64,000 nucleotides of DNA, from assembly GCA_964652615.1 (NCBI GenBank), contig CAZZAT010000001.1:153886-217885 (forward strand), in the 5' to 3' direction. The position numbers and the translations under genes are program-made. Numbering within the stretch: the first letter of the stretch is position 1; every line of letters begins with the position of its first letter. The notes under the pieces are model-generated. The model saw only the letters and a list, made by a program, of their open reading frames with translations, was not told the origin of the DNA and made no database searches. Positions 16,960-25,945 of the stretch are shown piece after piece. The DNA is from an uncultured Candidatus Saccharibacteria bacterium. GTDB taxonomy: Bacteria; Patescibacteriota; Minisyncoccia; Phycocordibacterales; Phycocordibacteraceae.

Positions 16960-18069
16960 TTAGCGAACAGCGAGAGTATCAGCAGCATATTCAATGCCTT
17001 TCGGCCTGATAACTACCTTCTTGGTCTCACTTCGGGTGATATGTCCGGCATGCAAGACGCCGAACGGTTGCCCTGCAGCGATGTCGCACACCTTCTGGAT
17101 GTCGTCAGGACACACGTAGAGTGCGAACCCTGCATTCATGTTGAAGTTTCCATAGGCCTCAACGTCATCAACCGGTCCGTGCTCTTGCAAGAAAGGAAAG
17201 ATTGGATGACGCCCATACGGCAGACGCTCGACCGTGTAGGTAAAGGGCTCATTGGACCGCATCAGCTTCCGCCATCCATGACCAGTGATGTTCACGGCGT
17301 AGTGGATGTCGACGCCACGATTGAGACAATCTTCTACGAGCCCGACATAGATGTGCGTCGGGTCGAGAAGCGCTTCACCGTAGGTGCGGCCGTCCGAAAG
17401 TTTCGTGAGATACCCGTCTGGCAACTTGTCAGCGATGCTTCGGGCCATAGTGAGGCCGTTGGCGTGAATGCCGGAGCTACCGAGCAACATAATGGCATCG
17501 CCATCTTGGATGTTGCCCGTAATGAGGCGTTCCTTCGGCTTTACGAGTCCAATCGCGGAACCGGAAAGCACGACTGTCTCAGGATTGATGATTCCCTTCA
17601 GCGTCGGCGTTTCGCCGCCGCCCCAAGTACATCGTGCCACGTCGCACGCCTTCTTCCAGCCGTCGACAAGGTCGCGCGAGCGTACTTCGTCATCGAACCA
17701 GCTTGAAGCACCAACCGCGAGATGCATCGCAACCGACAACGGCAACGCGCCGAGCGTTATCATGTCGTTCACAATCATCGCGACCGTGTCTTGGGCGATT
17801 TGGTCGTAGTACGACTTGCCGGTAAGCCGGTACATCGCATCTGCAACCAAATTCTTGGTCCCAAGACCTTCTTCAACGTGTGCGAAGTAGCTTTTAGCCG
17901 CTTCGATGAGATAGACGCTTTCACCGCGACTCGCTTCGAACTCCTGGAACTCACCGTCGTTGAGTCGACGAATGTTTCCAGCAGTCTCGCGGGCCGCAAG
18001 TTGCGCCATTCGCTTGAATGGGTCCATAGCGCCGTAGTCGACGCCGGTTCCCTTATACGTCATGGACAT
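16960..18069 (-). CDS. AIR-synthase-related protein, PurM-like
   Basis: GVDYGAMDPF, GLGTKNLVA, WGGGETP and LLGSSGIHANGLTMARSI parallel the PurM motifs GVDIDAGN, GVGTKL, VGGETAEMP and LGSSGPHSNG. Confidence 0.6.
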   Translation of the reverse strand: MSMTYKGTGVDYGAMDPFKRMAQLAARETAGNIRRLNDGEFQEFEASRGESVYLIEAAKSYFAHVEEGLGTKNLVADAMYRLTGKSYYDQIAQDTVAMIVNDMITLGALPLSVAMHLAVGASSWFDDEVRSRDLVDGWKKACDVARCTWGGGETPTLKGIINPETVVLSGSAIGLVKPKERLITGNIQDGDAIMLLGSSGIHANGLTMARSIADKLPDGYLTKLSDGRTYGEALLDPTHIYVGLVEDCLNRGVDIHYAVNITGHGWRKLMRSNEPFTYTVERLPYGRHPIFPFLQEHGPVDDVEAYGNFNMNAGFALYVCPDDIQKVCDIAAGQPFGVLHAGHITRSETKKVVIRPKGIEYAADTLAVR

Positions 18070-18226
18070 CTGTTTATCCCCTTTCTCTAAAGGTCAGGTC
18101 CGGTAAGACCCTACCCTTATTTCAGGATGACAGCAAGAAACCGCCCTTCGGCGGCATCTTGCTTTTACAACTTATCTATTTGAATCTGCGCACTCTAGTC
18201 AACGAAGTTGGAACCAGGATTAGGGC

Positions 18227-18967
18227 TTATGAAGGCCGTATCTTCATTCCTGCCTTACGAGACTGAGAGCGACGAAGATATTCGCCTTGCCAATATTCGT
18301 AGAATGGACCGAATACGAGACCAGCCAAAAACCAGAAGGCCAGTTCCTCTACGGGTATACCGATGAGGTGAATACCGCTTAGATACTGGTAATTGTAGGT
18401 AGCCGCTATCCAGTCTGGTGAAACAAACATTATGGCGAAGTACGGAAGCAAGGAAAAAGCTACCATAAGTACGCCAGACAGGACTCCATTTGCCAATAAG
18501 TCGCGCCGATAATAAAACATAACCCCTGCGATAACTAAAAGAGCTAAGGTACTCGCCCAGAATGAAGTAATACCAACTCCCCAGAATAGCCAAGACGTAA
18601 GAAACGCCATTAAAAGCAGCAACGTGAACGCTCCTGGGCAGTGATGGTGCGATTTACGTTTGTAATAACGTTTCTTGAAAAGACCTTCGTACACTACTGC
18701 CATTACTCCACCACTCCCGAATCCCGCAATGAAATCCTCCACGCCTACTTTGGTGCCAGTAATCGTAAGAGGATGCCACCAATCGTGCGTCCACCAGTAG
18801 TACGAAGTACAGACACTAAGCACTCCAATACCGAGACTGAATATGAGCATTTCTTTCCGCGTCGATGGAAAAAGTGCATACAACACAACCCACACTATCA
18901 AAAAGATAGTGCTGCCAAATAAATATGCCCACTCAAGTGGAACCATGATGAAACTATACCAGTTCAA
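18227..18967 (-). CDS. hypothetical polytopic membrane protein (Trp/Tyr-rich)
   Basis: Seven to eight TM segments. No motif recognised. Confidence 0.5.
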   Translation of the reverse strand: MNWYSFIMVPLEWAYLFGSTIFLIVWVVLYALFPSTRKEMLIFSLGIGVLSVCTSYYWWTHDWWHPLTITGTKVGVEDFIAGFGSGGVMAVVYEGLFKKRYYKRKSHHHCPGAFTLLLLMAFLTSWLFWGVGITSFWASTLALLVIAGVMFYYRRDLLANGVLSGVLMVAFSLLPYFAIMFVSPDWIAATYNYQYLSGIHLIGIPVEELAFWFLAGLVFGPFYEYWQGEYLRRSQSRKAGMKIRPS

Positions 18968-19020
18968 ACGTCCCGTTTACCGAAACACAAAACCGCCTAG
19001 ATAGGCGGCTTGTGTGAGTG

Positions 19021-19094
19021 CGCGAGAGACGGGACTTGAACCCGCAACCTCCGCCGTGACAGGGCGGCGCTCTAACCAGTTGAGCTACTCCCGC
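19021..19094 (-). tRNA. tRNA-Asp(GUC)
   Basis: Manual fold: GCGGGAG acceptor, anticodon stem CCGCC/GGCGG with loop CTGTCAC, T-arm GCGGG-TTCAAGT-CCCGT, discriminator G. 74 nt. Confidence 0.85.
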
Positions 19095-19198
19095 AAATAG
19101 TGCGTTCGGAGGTTAACGGCTGTGAGAGGCGCGTGTCACCCGCGGATCGAACGTAGAGGGAATATAGCCTCTTTTATCGGAGGAAGCAAGGTTATGTG

Positions 19199-19270
19199 TG
19201 CCGGCGGGTGGAGTCGCGCCACCGTCTAGGGTTTATGAGTCCCTCGTTCTAACTCTTGAACTACGCCGGC
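19199..19270 (-). other. non-canonical tRNA-like element with CUCAUAA (CAU) anticodon loop; possible degenerate tRNA-Ile2/Met pseudogene
   Basis: Perfect 7-bp acceptor GCCGGCG/CGCCGGC and loop CTCATAA. But an A:A mismatch closes the anticodon stem, there is no G18G19 in the D-loop, and the T-loop CGCGACT lacks the U55C56 consensus. Confidence 0.3.
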
Positions 19271-19472
19271 AGGTTTCCTACGCGTGCCACTTGAGCTATA
19301 TCGGCCAAGATTCTATGGCGAAGATCTGCTCCTCTGGCTACCCGCAAGGTAAGGACACCATAATACAAATCGTGATTCTCGTAAACTTTCTTCCCCATTC
19401 TCCAGAAAGAAGGGTAGGTACGAATTATGCTGCTACCTCTTTTGCCGATTACAACATGCTAAAGTGTTATAA

Positions 19473-20165
19473 ATGCAGGAGGAAGCAACCACGCACGAGG
19501 ACCTTGTCCGAGAACTCATGGATCCCAAACTGCGCGCAGAATACGCTGCGCCCTACGACCGCTATCGCGCAGGATTCATCCCTTGTGCCCTTGCCGCAAC
19601 CCTCATCTTCCTCGGAGACCTCATGTATGGAAAGAAGCCTTCGTATGGAAAGTTCAAAGCCATAGAAGTAATCGCCCGCATTCCCTACCAGTCATGGGAA
19701 GCGGCCGCGTATACGCTCGTCTCTCTTTTCCATGGCGACGAAGCGCGTGCTGTGGAACTTTCAAAGACCGCGGCATTTAGCCGGTCCGCACAAGATAACG
19801 AGACCATGCACGTGGTCGTCATTTCGCATCTTGCAAAAAAAGCAAACAAAACTGCTTTTATGCGGCACCTACTCCTCCCTGCTCTTTTTGCATTCGTCTA
19901 TTTCTGGATACTCTATGCGCTGTATTTCGCATCGCGCCGCGCATCCTTTGAACTAAACTATCTCTTCGAGACCCATGCGTATCAGCAGTACAGCGCATTT
20001 CTTGAGCAGAACGAAGCGATGCTCCGCTCAAAGCCAGTCGTCTCCGATTTCCTCCAATTCTATGGCCGCGAAGTCCGGAGCGAATACGAATTCTTCGAGA
20101 GCGTGCGCAACGATGAGCTCATTCACCGTAACCGCTCCATCCACGAGATACGCGGAAGGCGATAA
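19473..20165 (+). CDS. alternative-oxidase-like di-iron carboxylate membrane protein (four E / ExxH motifs)
   Basis: WEAAAY, NETMH, FETHAY and NDELIHRNRSIHE mirror the AOX iron-ligand motifs LET, NERMHL, LEEEAxH and RADExxH. Confidence 0.5.
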   Translation: MQEEATTHEDLVRELMDPKLRAEYAAPYDRYRAGFIPCALAATLIFLGDLMYGKKPSYGKFKAIEVIARIPYQSWEAAAYTLVSLFHGDEARAVELSKTAAFSRSAQDNETMHVVVISHLAKKANKTAFMRHLLLPALFAFVYFWILYALYFASRRASFELNYLFETHAYQQYSAFLEQNEAMLRSKPVVSDFLQFYGREVRSEYEFFESVRNDELIHRNRSIHEIRGRR

Positions 20166-21086
20166 TTACTCTTCAAGAAGGATAAGTGCCTGTTCAGCTG
20201 CCTCATTCGCGCTGCGTGCTTCCTTTATAGCGGCTTCACGATTCCCTTCTAGACGGAAGGACTCGGCGTCTTCAGAAGAAGCACGTGACTCTTCAAGAAG
20301 CGCTTCTGCTTCTTCTGCAAACTCCGTCTCCGCTTCTGTAGTTTCCATGAGCTTAGACTCGGCCTTTTCGAGTACCTCCTTAGTATCAGCAGACAACTCA
20401 TCGAGTACGGGAGTCGTTGTTTCTTCCGTATCATCAACTATAGCTGCAGCTTGCTCTCCTATCTTCTCGGTCTCCGCTCCAAGGGAGGAAATTTGCTCGA
20501 GAAGGACTACTACTTCTGGAGACGCTGCTTCCTCTCCCCTGATTAGAATGCTTAGGACGCGTTCATATGCGCCAAGCGAATGTTGCAGTTCGGAACTTGC
20601 ATCAAGCACTTCCGAAAAGTTCCCTTTCTCGCCCGTTTCTACAAGATACGTCTGTATAGAGCGCGAATGGCGTTCGATTCCCTTTTGAAGGATTTGTATA
20701 TCTTTTGCGTCATATTCTGCGCGAGCGACAAGCTCCTTAGCGTCAGCCAAACGGCGCTTCACGAGTGCGTTATTGACACGTGCTTCAACACCGTCGAATC
20801 CGGATACGAGACTAAGCACAGCAGGCTCGAGCACATGCGTCTTTAGCGTGTAGAGAGGATCCCGAGGAGCAGAGTGCTCTGCAGCGAAGACAACTGGCCC
20901 ACCAACCAAAAGCACGAGTGCGAACGCATAGACTGCGCCAAAGCGATAGAAATACGGAGAAGCGACCGCGCGCGCAGAAGGAGTGCTGTCGAGGTACGCC
21001 AAAAACTCCTTCTTCAAAGAGGAGCGCTCGTCCTGTGAGAGTGACGGAGTGAGTGCTTTGCGTAGCGTTTCGAATTCTTTATTCAT
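20166..21086 (-). CDS. putative anti-sigma factor / membrane-anchored coiled-coil protein downstream of ECF sigma
   Basis: N-terminal cytoplasmic segment, single TM, then a long acidic coiled-coil region. 4-bp overlap with the sigma gene. Confidence 0.45.
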   Translation of the reverse strand: MNKEFETLRKALTPSLSQDERSSLKKEFLAYLDSTPSARAVASPYFYRFGAVYAFALVLLVGGPVVFAAEHSAPRDPLYTLKTHVLEPAVLSLVSGFDGVEARVNNALVKRRLADAKELVARAEYDAKDIQILQKGIERHSRSIQTYLVETGEKGNFSEVLDASSELQHSLGAYERVLSILIRGEEAASPEVVVLLEQISSLGAETEKIGEQAAAIVDDTEETTTPVLDELSADTKEVLEKAESKLMETTEAETEFAEEAEALLEESRASSEDAESFRLEGNREAAIKEARSANEAAEQALILLEE

Positions 21087-21601
21087 AGGGTTGGTTCGTA
21101 TAATGCTTTCAGTTTTTTCAGGGCTCGATGCAGCCGGACGCTTACGGCCGTTTCTGTCTTTCCAAGCGCCTCGGCTATCTCCTTTATCGCAAGCTGGTCG
21201 AGATAGCGCAGGCGCACGACTTCCTGAAGCGAAGCCGGGAGGGCGGCAACTCGCTCCATCAGGAGTTTCGCGTCCGCACGAACTTCGGGACTCGTCTCCT
21301 CCTGCGAGAAATCATGCCCCGCCTCAAGCATCTCATCAAGAGATGCGACGGGGCGCTTTGCCCGAAGTTCGTTCTTGAAGAGGTTCCCAGCGGTCGTATA
21401 GAGAAAGGACTTGAGAGACTGAATGGTTCCTCCTCTGCGCTCGTAGTCCCATGCCTTCATGAAAGCCTCTTGAGCCAGATCTTTTGCACGATCCCGGTCG
21501 CCGAGCCTATAGAAGAAATAGCGGAACAACGGCTCAAAAAGCTCGTCGTAGGCTTCCTCAAAGGCCTGCCTGCGGTCTCCTGTCTCCATCATATGAGACA
21601 C
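21083..21601 (-). CDS. RNA polymerase sigma-70 factor, ECF subfamily
   Basis: Region 2 (DLAQEAFMKAW) and region 4 (VVRLRYLDQLAIKEIAEALGKTETAVSVRLHRA) signatures. Confidence 0.85.
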   Translation of the reverse strand: MSHMMETGDRRQAFEEAYDELFEPLFRYFFYRLGDRDRAKDLAQEAFMKAWDYERRGGTIQSLKSFLYTTAGNLFKNELRAKRPVASLDEMLEAGHDFSQEETSPEVRADAKLLMERVAALPASLQEVVRLRYLDQLAIKEIAEALGKTETAVSVRLHRALKKLKALYEPTL

Positions 21602-21758
21602 CTTACCGCCTATTCTCTTACCTTCCTAGGGCGCTTTTTGATAAGTAAGGAAGCGCTCTATCCCGTGTCTCTATATACGAGCACTCGCGTAGCGGCCCGC
21701 TGGTGGCCGGCGCACGCTCATTATTTAGCAAACCATTACCATAACGGATACAATTATC

Positions 21759-23582
21759 ATGACTGCACACAAACACATGATTGCGAAGACCGCGGCGCTT
21801 GTCGCAGGCTTCGCACTCGTTGCTTCTTCGTTCGTCGCGTTCACGCCTTCTGCGCGCGCTGCGACGATCGATGAGCTTCAGGCGCAGATACAGGTACTTC
21901 TCGCACAGATCGCTTCCCTCAACGGAGGCGCATCTGCAGGAAGCTACACGTACACGCGCGATCTTACGCTCGGCGCCTCTGGTGCTGACGTTACCGCTCT
22001 CCAGAGCTGGCTTATTAGCAAGGGATACTCTATCCCAGCAGGTGCAACTGGCTACTTCGGTGCCCAGACGCAGTCTGCTCTTGCCGCCTACCAGGCAGCA
22101 AACGGTATCGCTCCAGCAGCAGGTTACTTTGGCCCGGTTACCCGCGCTAAGGTAAATGCTCAAGGCACCGTAACCATCCCAGACACCGGCGGTTCTACCT
22201 CGGGTCTTGGAAAGGGCGAAGCTTCTATCGAACGCCTTCGCGCTTCTAGCGGCGAAGAGGACGAAGTAGCTGAAGGCAGCGCTGCCGAAGTTGCTGAATT
22301 CGAGTTCCGCGTAAAGGATGGTGACATCCGCGTTGAGCGCCTCGATCTCACTTTCGAACCGGCTTCCGGAAACGATGAAGACGAGCCATGGAAGACCTTC
22401 GACACCATCACCATCCTTGATGCTAAGGGAAAGACTCTTGTTTCCAAGGACGTCTCTGATGAAGATGATTGGCTCGAAGACGATGAGCCATACGTATTCC
22501 GCTTCACCGGCCTTAACTATGTCGTGAAGAAGGGCGATACGGGAACGCTCGTTGTAGAGGCAGAGGTACAGAACTCGGTTGACGGCACGAACGACGGCGA
22601 GTCTTGGACGATCTACATCGACAGTAACGACCTCCGCGCTATCGACGGCGAAGGTATCGACCAGTACGCTGGCAACAGCAACCAGAGCGTTACGTTCGAT
22701 GTTGTTGCAGAGGGCGAGGGCGAGGAACTGAAGGTCCGCTCTTCAAGCGACAACCCAAGCTCCACGATTCTTAAAGTCGAGAACAACAAGCGTTCTTCTT
22801 GGTACACCATCTTCGCATTCGACATCGAAGCTGAAGATGCTGATATCGAAATCGAGACCGCAACCACCACAATTCAGGTTAGCTCGAACGACTTTGTTTC
22901 AGGCGTCGTGAACGACCTTGAGCTCGTCATCGATGGCAAGACTATCGACGACTGGTCATGGGTTTCCGGTGCTAACTCGGATACCGCAGTTATCGCGTTC
23001 GATGTTGACGGCGACGTCACTATCGACGAAGGTGACCGCGTTACTGCCGAGCTTCGTGCGCGCTTCAACGCCACGAGCACCAGCTCGACCATCAAGGCGA
23101 GCGTTGCATCAGGCGCAATTGAAGGCGAGGGCGCAGATGATGTGTTCAGCACAGGAGCAGCTTCCGGCAACACGCATACGCTTAGCCTCTCGACTGCTCG
23201 AATCTCGAACGTCAGCTGGACCAAGTCGGTTACTGGCGACAGCACCGATGGTACGCTCGACTTCTTCTTCACTGTTACGGCGGTAGATGAAGACTTCGAT
23301 CTCCTTGCTGCCGAGATTATCGACAGCAACACGATGTTCTTCGGAGCAACGACTACTCCGGTAACTCTCTCGCAAGATGGCTCCTTGAGCCGCGTATCAG
23401 GCGACAGCGTAACGGCGATTGGCACCACTGGCTTCACCATCTCTGAAGGTGATACCACCCGCTTCCGCGTCCGCTACGTACTCGCTGACGCTGGCACCTA
23501 CGAAGTCACTATCGAGTCGATTGCCGGCATCGAAATTGACGACGAAGATCAGCTCTCCCCAACAGTTATCCTTGCAAGCTAA
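21759..23582 (+). CDS. secreted acidic cell-surface protein with peptidoglycan-binding (PG_binding_1-like) domain and long repetitive beta-rich region
   Basis: Signal peptide. DLTLGASGADVTALQSWLISKGY...TQSALAAYQAANGI. D/E/T/S-rich remainder. Confidence 0.65.
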   Translation: MTAHKHMIAKTAALVAGFALVASSFVAFTPSARAATIDELQAQIQVLLAQIASLNGGASAGSYTYTRDLTLGASGADVTALQSWLISKGYSIPAGATGYFGAQTQSALAAYQAANGIAPAAGYFGPVTRAKVNAQGTVTIPDTGGSTSGLGKGEASIERLRASSGEEDEVAEGSAAEVAEFEFRVKDGDIRVERLDLTFEPASGNDEDEPWKTFDTITILDAKGKTLVSKDVSDEDDWLEDDEPYVFRFTGLNYVVKKGDTGTLVVEAEVQNSVDGTNDGESWTIYIDSNDLRAIDGEGIDQYAGNSNQSVTFDVVAEGEGEELKVRSSSDNPSSTILKVENNKRSSWYTIFAFDIEAEDADIEIETATTTIQVSSNDFVSGVVNDLELVIDGKTIDDWSWVSGANSDTAVIAFDVDGDVTIDEGDRVTAELRARFNATSTSSTIKASVASGAIEGEGADDVFSTGAASGNTHTLSLSTARISNVSWTKSVTGDSTDGTLDFFFTVTAVDEDFDLLAAEIIDSNTMFFGATTTPVTLSQDGSLSRVSGDSVTAIGTTGFTISEGDTTRFRVRYVLADAGTYEVTIESIAGIEIDDEDQLSPTVILAS

Positions 23583-23612
23583 CAGCTGAAAGGAATCCCA
23601 AAAGGAGAAAAG

Positions 23613-23645
23613 AAAAACCACCCCGTACGGGGTGGTTTTTCTTTT
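23613..23645 (+). terminator. rho-independent terminator (aaaaaccaccccgtacggggtggttttt)
   Basis: 10-bp stem plus T-run immediately after the 21759..23582 stop. Confidence 0.55.
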
Positions 23646-23647
23646 AC

Positions 23648-23673
23648 GTGTTGCGGGGGCCGGAATCGAACCG
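23648..23673. repeat. 26-bp direct repeat of the 3' end of the intron-containing tRNA(CAU) (identical to 25943..25968); attR-like island boundary
   Basis: gtgttgcgggggccggaatcgaaccg is identical at both sites. It covers trailer, discriminator, acceptor 3' strand and T-arm. Confidence 0.75.
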
Positions 23674-23700
23674 AATATTCTGCGGCCTATTCCCTATAGC

Positions 23701-24405
23701 CTAATATTGACGAAAGCTTCTCAAGTGCTGGTTCGCGAGAATTGCAAGCCTTGAGCCAGACGTATCATCAAGTTCGTGGCCAAGAGAAGGATATTCTATC
23801 CACGCACGTACGGCGGCGTTCTCCGCAGACGAGAAAATCTTCTGTTGAGACTCCAACGGAACGATGGTGTCACGACCGCCATGAAGAAACACGAACGAGC
23901 GCTTGAATGTCTTGATCGCGGACAAAAGAATATCCGTGTCGGGCAGGGTGTTTAGCAACGGCTTCGTCGTCTCAGGATTTCGCCCGCAACCGCTTCCTGC
24001 GAACACTACCGTATCCATGGCACAAAGCACGGACGGAAGACCGAGGAGGGTCGTCCCTCCGAACGAAAGCGCGATGCTGTGCAGACGCGTGCTTTCGGGA
24101 AGTAAACGCTTCCTTGCGTAATCGAAGGCTCGAGCGACATCTTCGCACTCCTGCTCGAATGTCTTTCCCTCGAACTGCTCTTTCTTATTTTCGGCATCCA
24201 AACGACCCGTGTGTATACAAATGACATGGTGATCGTGCCGCAGAAGTTCGACAAGTTCATTGTCCCAGGAGTCTCCTGACGGAATATGCCCCCCGTACAA
24301 CCCCTTCAAAACAAGCACCGCATCAGCTTCTTCTTGTGCAGCGGGATAGTGGTAGACGCTTGTTTTGGTTCCTTTGAAAGGAGACTCCAGGGTATGCTCG
24401 CTCAT
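23701..24405 (-). CDS. alpha/beta-hydrolase fold protein (dienelactone-hydrolase-like)
   Basis: ALSFGG nucleophile-elbow-like motif, HGGRD, C-terminal GHELDD. Confidence 0.65.
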   Translation of the reverse strand: MSEHTLESPFKGTKTSVYHYPAAQEEADAVLVLKGLYGGHIPSGDSWDNELVELLRHDHHVICIHTGRLDAENKKEQFEGKTFEQECEDVARAFDYARKRLLPESTRLHSIALSFGGTTLLGLPSVLCAMDTVVFAGSGCGRNPETTKPLLNTLPDTDILLSAIKTFKRSFVFLHGGRDTIVPLESQQKIFSSAENAAVRAWIEYPSLGHELDDTSGSRLAILANQHLRSFRQY

Positions 24406-24455
24406 AAAAGAATAGTACCCTCATCGCTTGCAGAAGCAATGAGGGTATCAGGCAA

Positions 24456-25364
24456 TCAGCGGAACTCCGGCGGAATCTCCGTATCGACGAAGCTAATGTC
24501 GTTCCCAACCTGATCTCGCGCCGCGACTGCGAAGCGATACGTCGTCGGAGGAAACTTCGCCACTGTCCACCCCGGCAGACCGTGGTGATACTCCCTGAAG
24601 GCGTTCGCCACTTTTGTGTATTCGAACGGGAAATAGAGACAGAAGCTCCTCGTCAGGCGAAGGAGCAGGTACCGCCCTATCATGCCATCGAAGACGTGGC
24701 TGTATTGGGATTCTACAGTGGTACCAGGCTCAGCGCCCGCAATGTGCTTCGAGAAAAGCGGAAGACTGAGTCCCTTCCTTATCTCTGAGTCGCTATAGGT
24801 TCCTTGAAAATCCCGGTGCACAACGCGTCGAATCTCAAGGTTTCCGTCAATTTCCGCGAGCGTATTCTGCCCATGAAGCTCGGGAAGCAGACCCCGCTTC
24901 GAAACGAGTGCGACCCAGGAATCCAAGAGCGGTCCTGCGACGCGTTCAACGAAATACTCCATCGGCAACCGCCCTCCGTGCATCCTGACGATTTGCACGG
25001 CCAACGGCTCGTCCTCGGACGCATGAGGGTCGTGCGCGTACAACGAATGGTACGGCATGAGTACATGGCCGCCCGCGTGATGCGGATAGGGAACGACTTC
25101 TCGATAGACGATTCCAGAACCTTCGTAGTCGCCGCCTTGAATGACGACTCCTAGCGATTCGGGAAGGAACGCATACCGGTCCGGATGCAGATTTGCATCG
25201 CAAAATGCCCGCAGATCGGAACAGATGGCGATGCTATGCTCGATCGAACTTCTTTGAAGCCTTCGAACGAAGCGGAAATGCTTCTTGTCGAGATCGGTCT
25301 TGATATAAACCCGGAACGCATCTTCTGTCAGAAGCGTCCGGGTCGAGCTCGTCGGCTGCGCCAA
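24456..25364 (-). CDS. IucA/IucC-family (siderophore synthetase C-terminal / FhuF-like) protein; TTG start; possibly the 3' part of a gene split by an in-frame stop
   Basis: ELHGQNTLAEIDGNLEIRRVVHRDFQG resembles the IucA/IucC C-terminal core. At 302 aa it is about half the size of a full NIS synthetase. Confidence 0.4.
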   Translation of the reverse strand: MAQPTSSTRTLLTEDAFRVYIKTDLDKKHFRFVRRLQRSSIEHSIAICSDLRAFCDANLHPDRYAFLPESLGVVIQGGDYEGSGIVYREVVPYPHHAGGHVLMPYHSLYAHDPHASEDEPLAVQIVRMHGGRLPMEYFVERVAGPLLDSWVALVSKRGLLPELHGQNTLAEIDGNLEIRRVVHRDFQGTYSDSEIRKGLSLPLFSKHIAGAEPGTTVESQYSHVFDGMIGRYLLLRLTRSFCLYFPFEYTKVANAFREYHHGLPGWTVAKFPPTTYRFAVAARDQVGNDISFVDTEIPPEFR

Positions 25365-25367
25365 GAC

Positions 25368-25694
25368 TTATCCATGGACGATAAGTCCTCGCCGGTCGAC
25401 GTCAGGATGCCAGAAGAACCGGCGCTTCCCTGCTTCTATCGACCAGTTCTCAAGAGCATCCGACGGTGCTGATCTATGGACCGTACACTCGCTATCGGAA
25501 AGTAACGTATACGGAAGCACCACATGGGCGATTTTCCCTTGCGGGTCGAAGACGGGATTCACTTCCGAATAGTCAGTAAAGCTGCCCTTCGTGTCGTTAA
25601 GATGCCGTTCGCCGTAGACGGTCGAAACCAACGGATCGTTCACCAACAATTGTGCAAGTTTCATTCCAACCTCCTCTGTTGGGGTCCGGTGCAA
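25368..25694 (-). CDS. hypothetical protein, in frame with and separated by a single TAA from the downstream IucA/IucC-like ORF
   Basis: Same reading frame as 24456..25364 with a one-codon gap after the TAA stop. Looks like a nonsense-split pseudogene. Confidence 0.35.
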   Translation of the reverse strand: MHRTPTEEVGMKLAQLLVNDPLVSTVYGERHLNDTKGSFTDYSEVNPVFDPQGKIAHVVLPYTLLSDSECTVHRSAPSDALENWSIEAGKRRFFWHPDVDRRGLIVHG

Positions 25695-25945
25695 TAATCA
25701 CACAAACTTTCTTTTATGTCTACTCCATTCCAGAGAGCAAATACCAACAGCAAGAAAACAACCAAGAGGGCAATCGGAAAAGAACCGCGATTTTCGATGA
25801 TTTGGTCGGTGAGCACCCCGGCCAGAATACATAGCTAGAAAGTCCAACTTGCGTTGGACTTTCTAGCTTTTTAGAGACGAACAGGTCTGGCGGACTGGAA
25901 CCAAAATTAGGCGCTTTAAGCCAGCCAGCTGGTCTCTGAACCGTG

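Noticed and set aside
19198-19665. 155-aa ORF
   Set aside because: Overlaps the tRNA-like element and the upstream region and start of the AOX-like gene in another frame. Ser/Pro-rich. No support.
22160-23458. Minus-strand ORFs of 85-194 aa
   Set aside because: Antisense to the repetitive acidic surface-protein gene. Ser/Val-rich mirror translations.
25652-25868. 60-aa ORF and hairpin ctagaaagtccaac-ttgcg-ttggactttctag
   Set aside because: The ORF has no support. The hairpin with a following T-run is more likely a terminator at the island/tRNA junction. Not called as a separate feature because its target gene is unclear.
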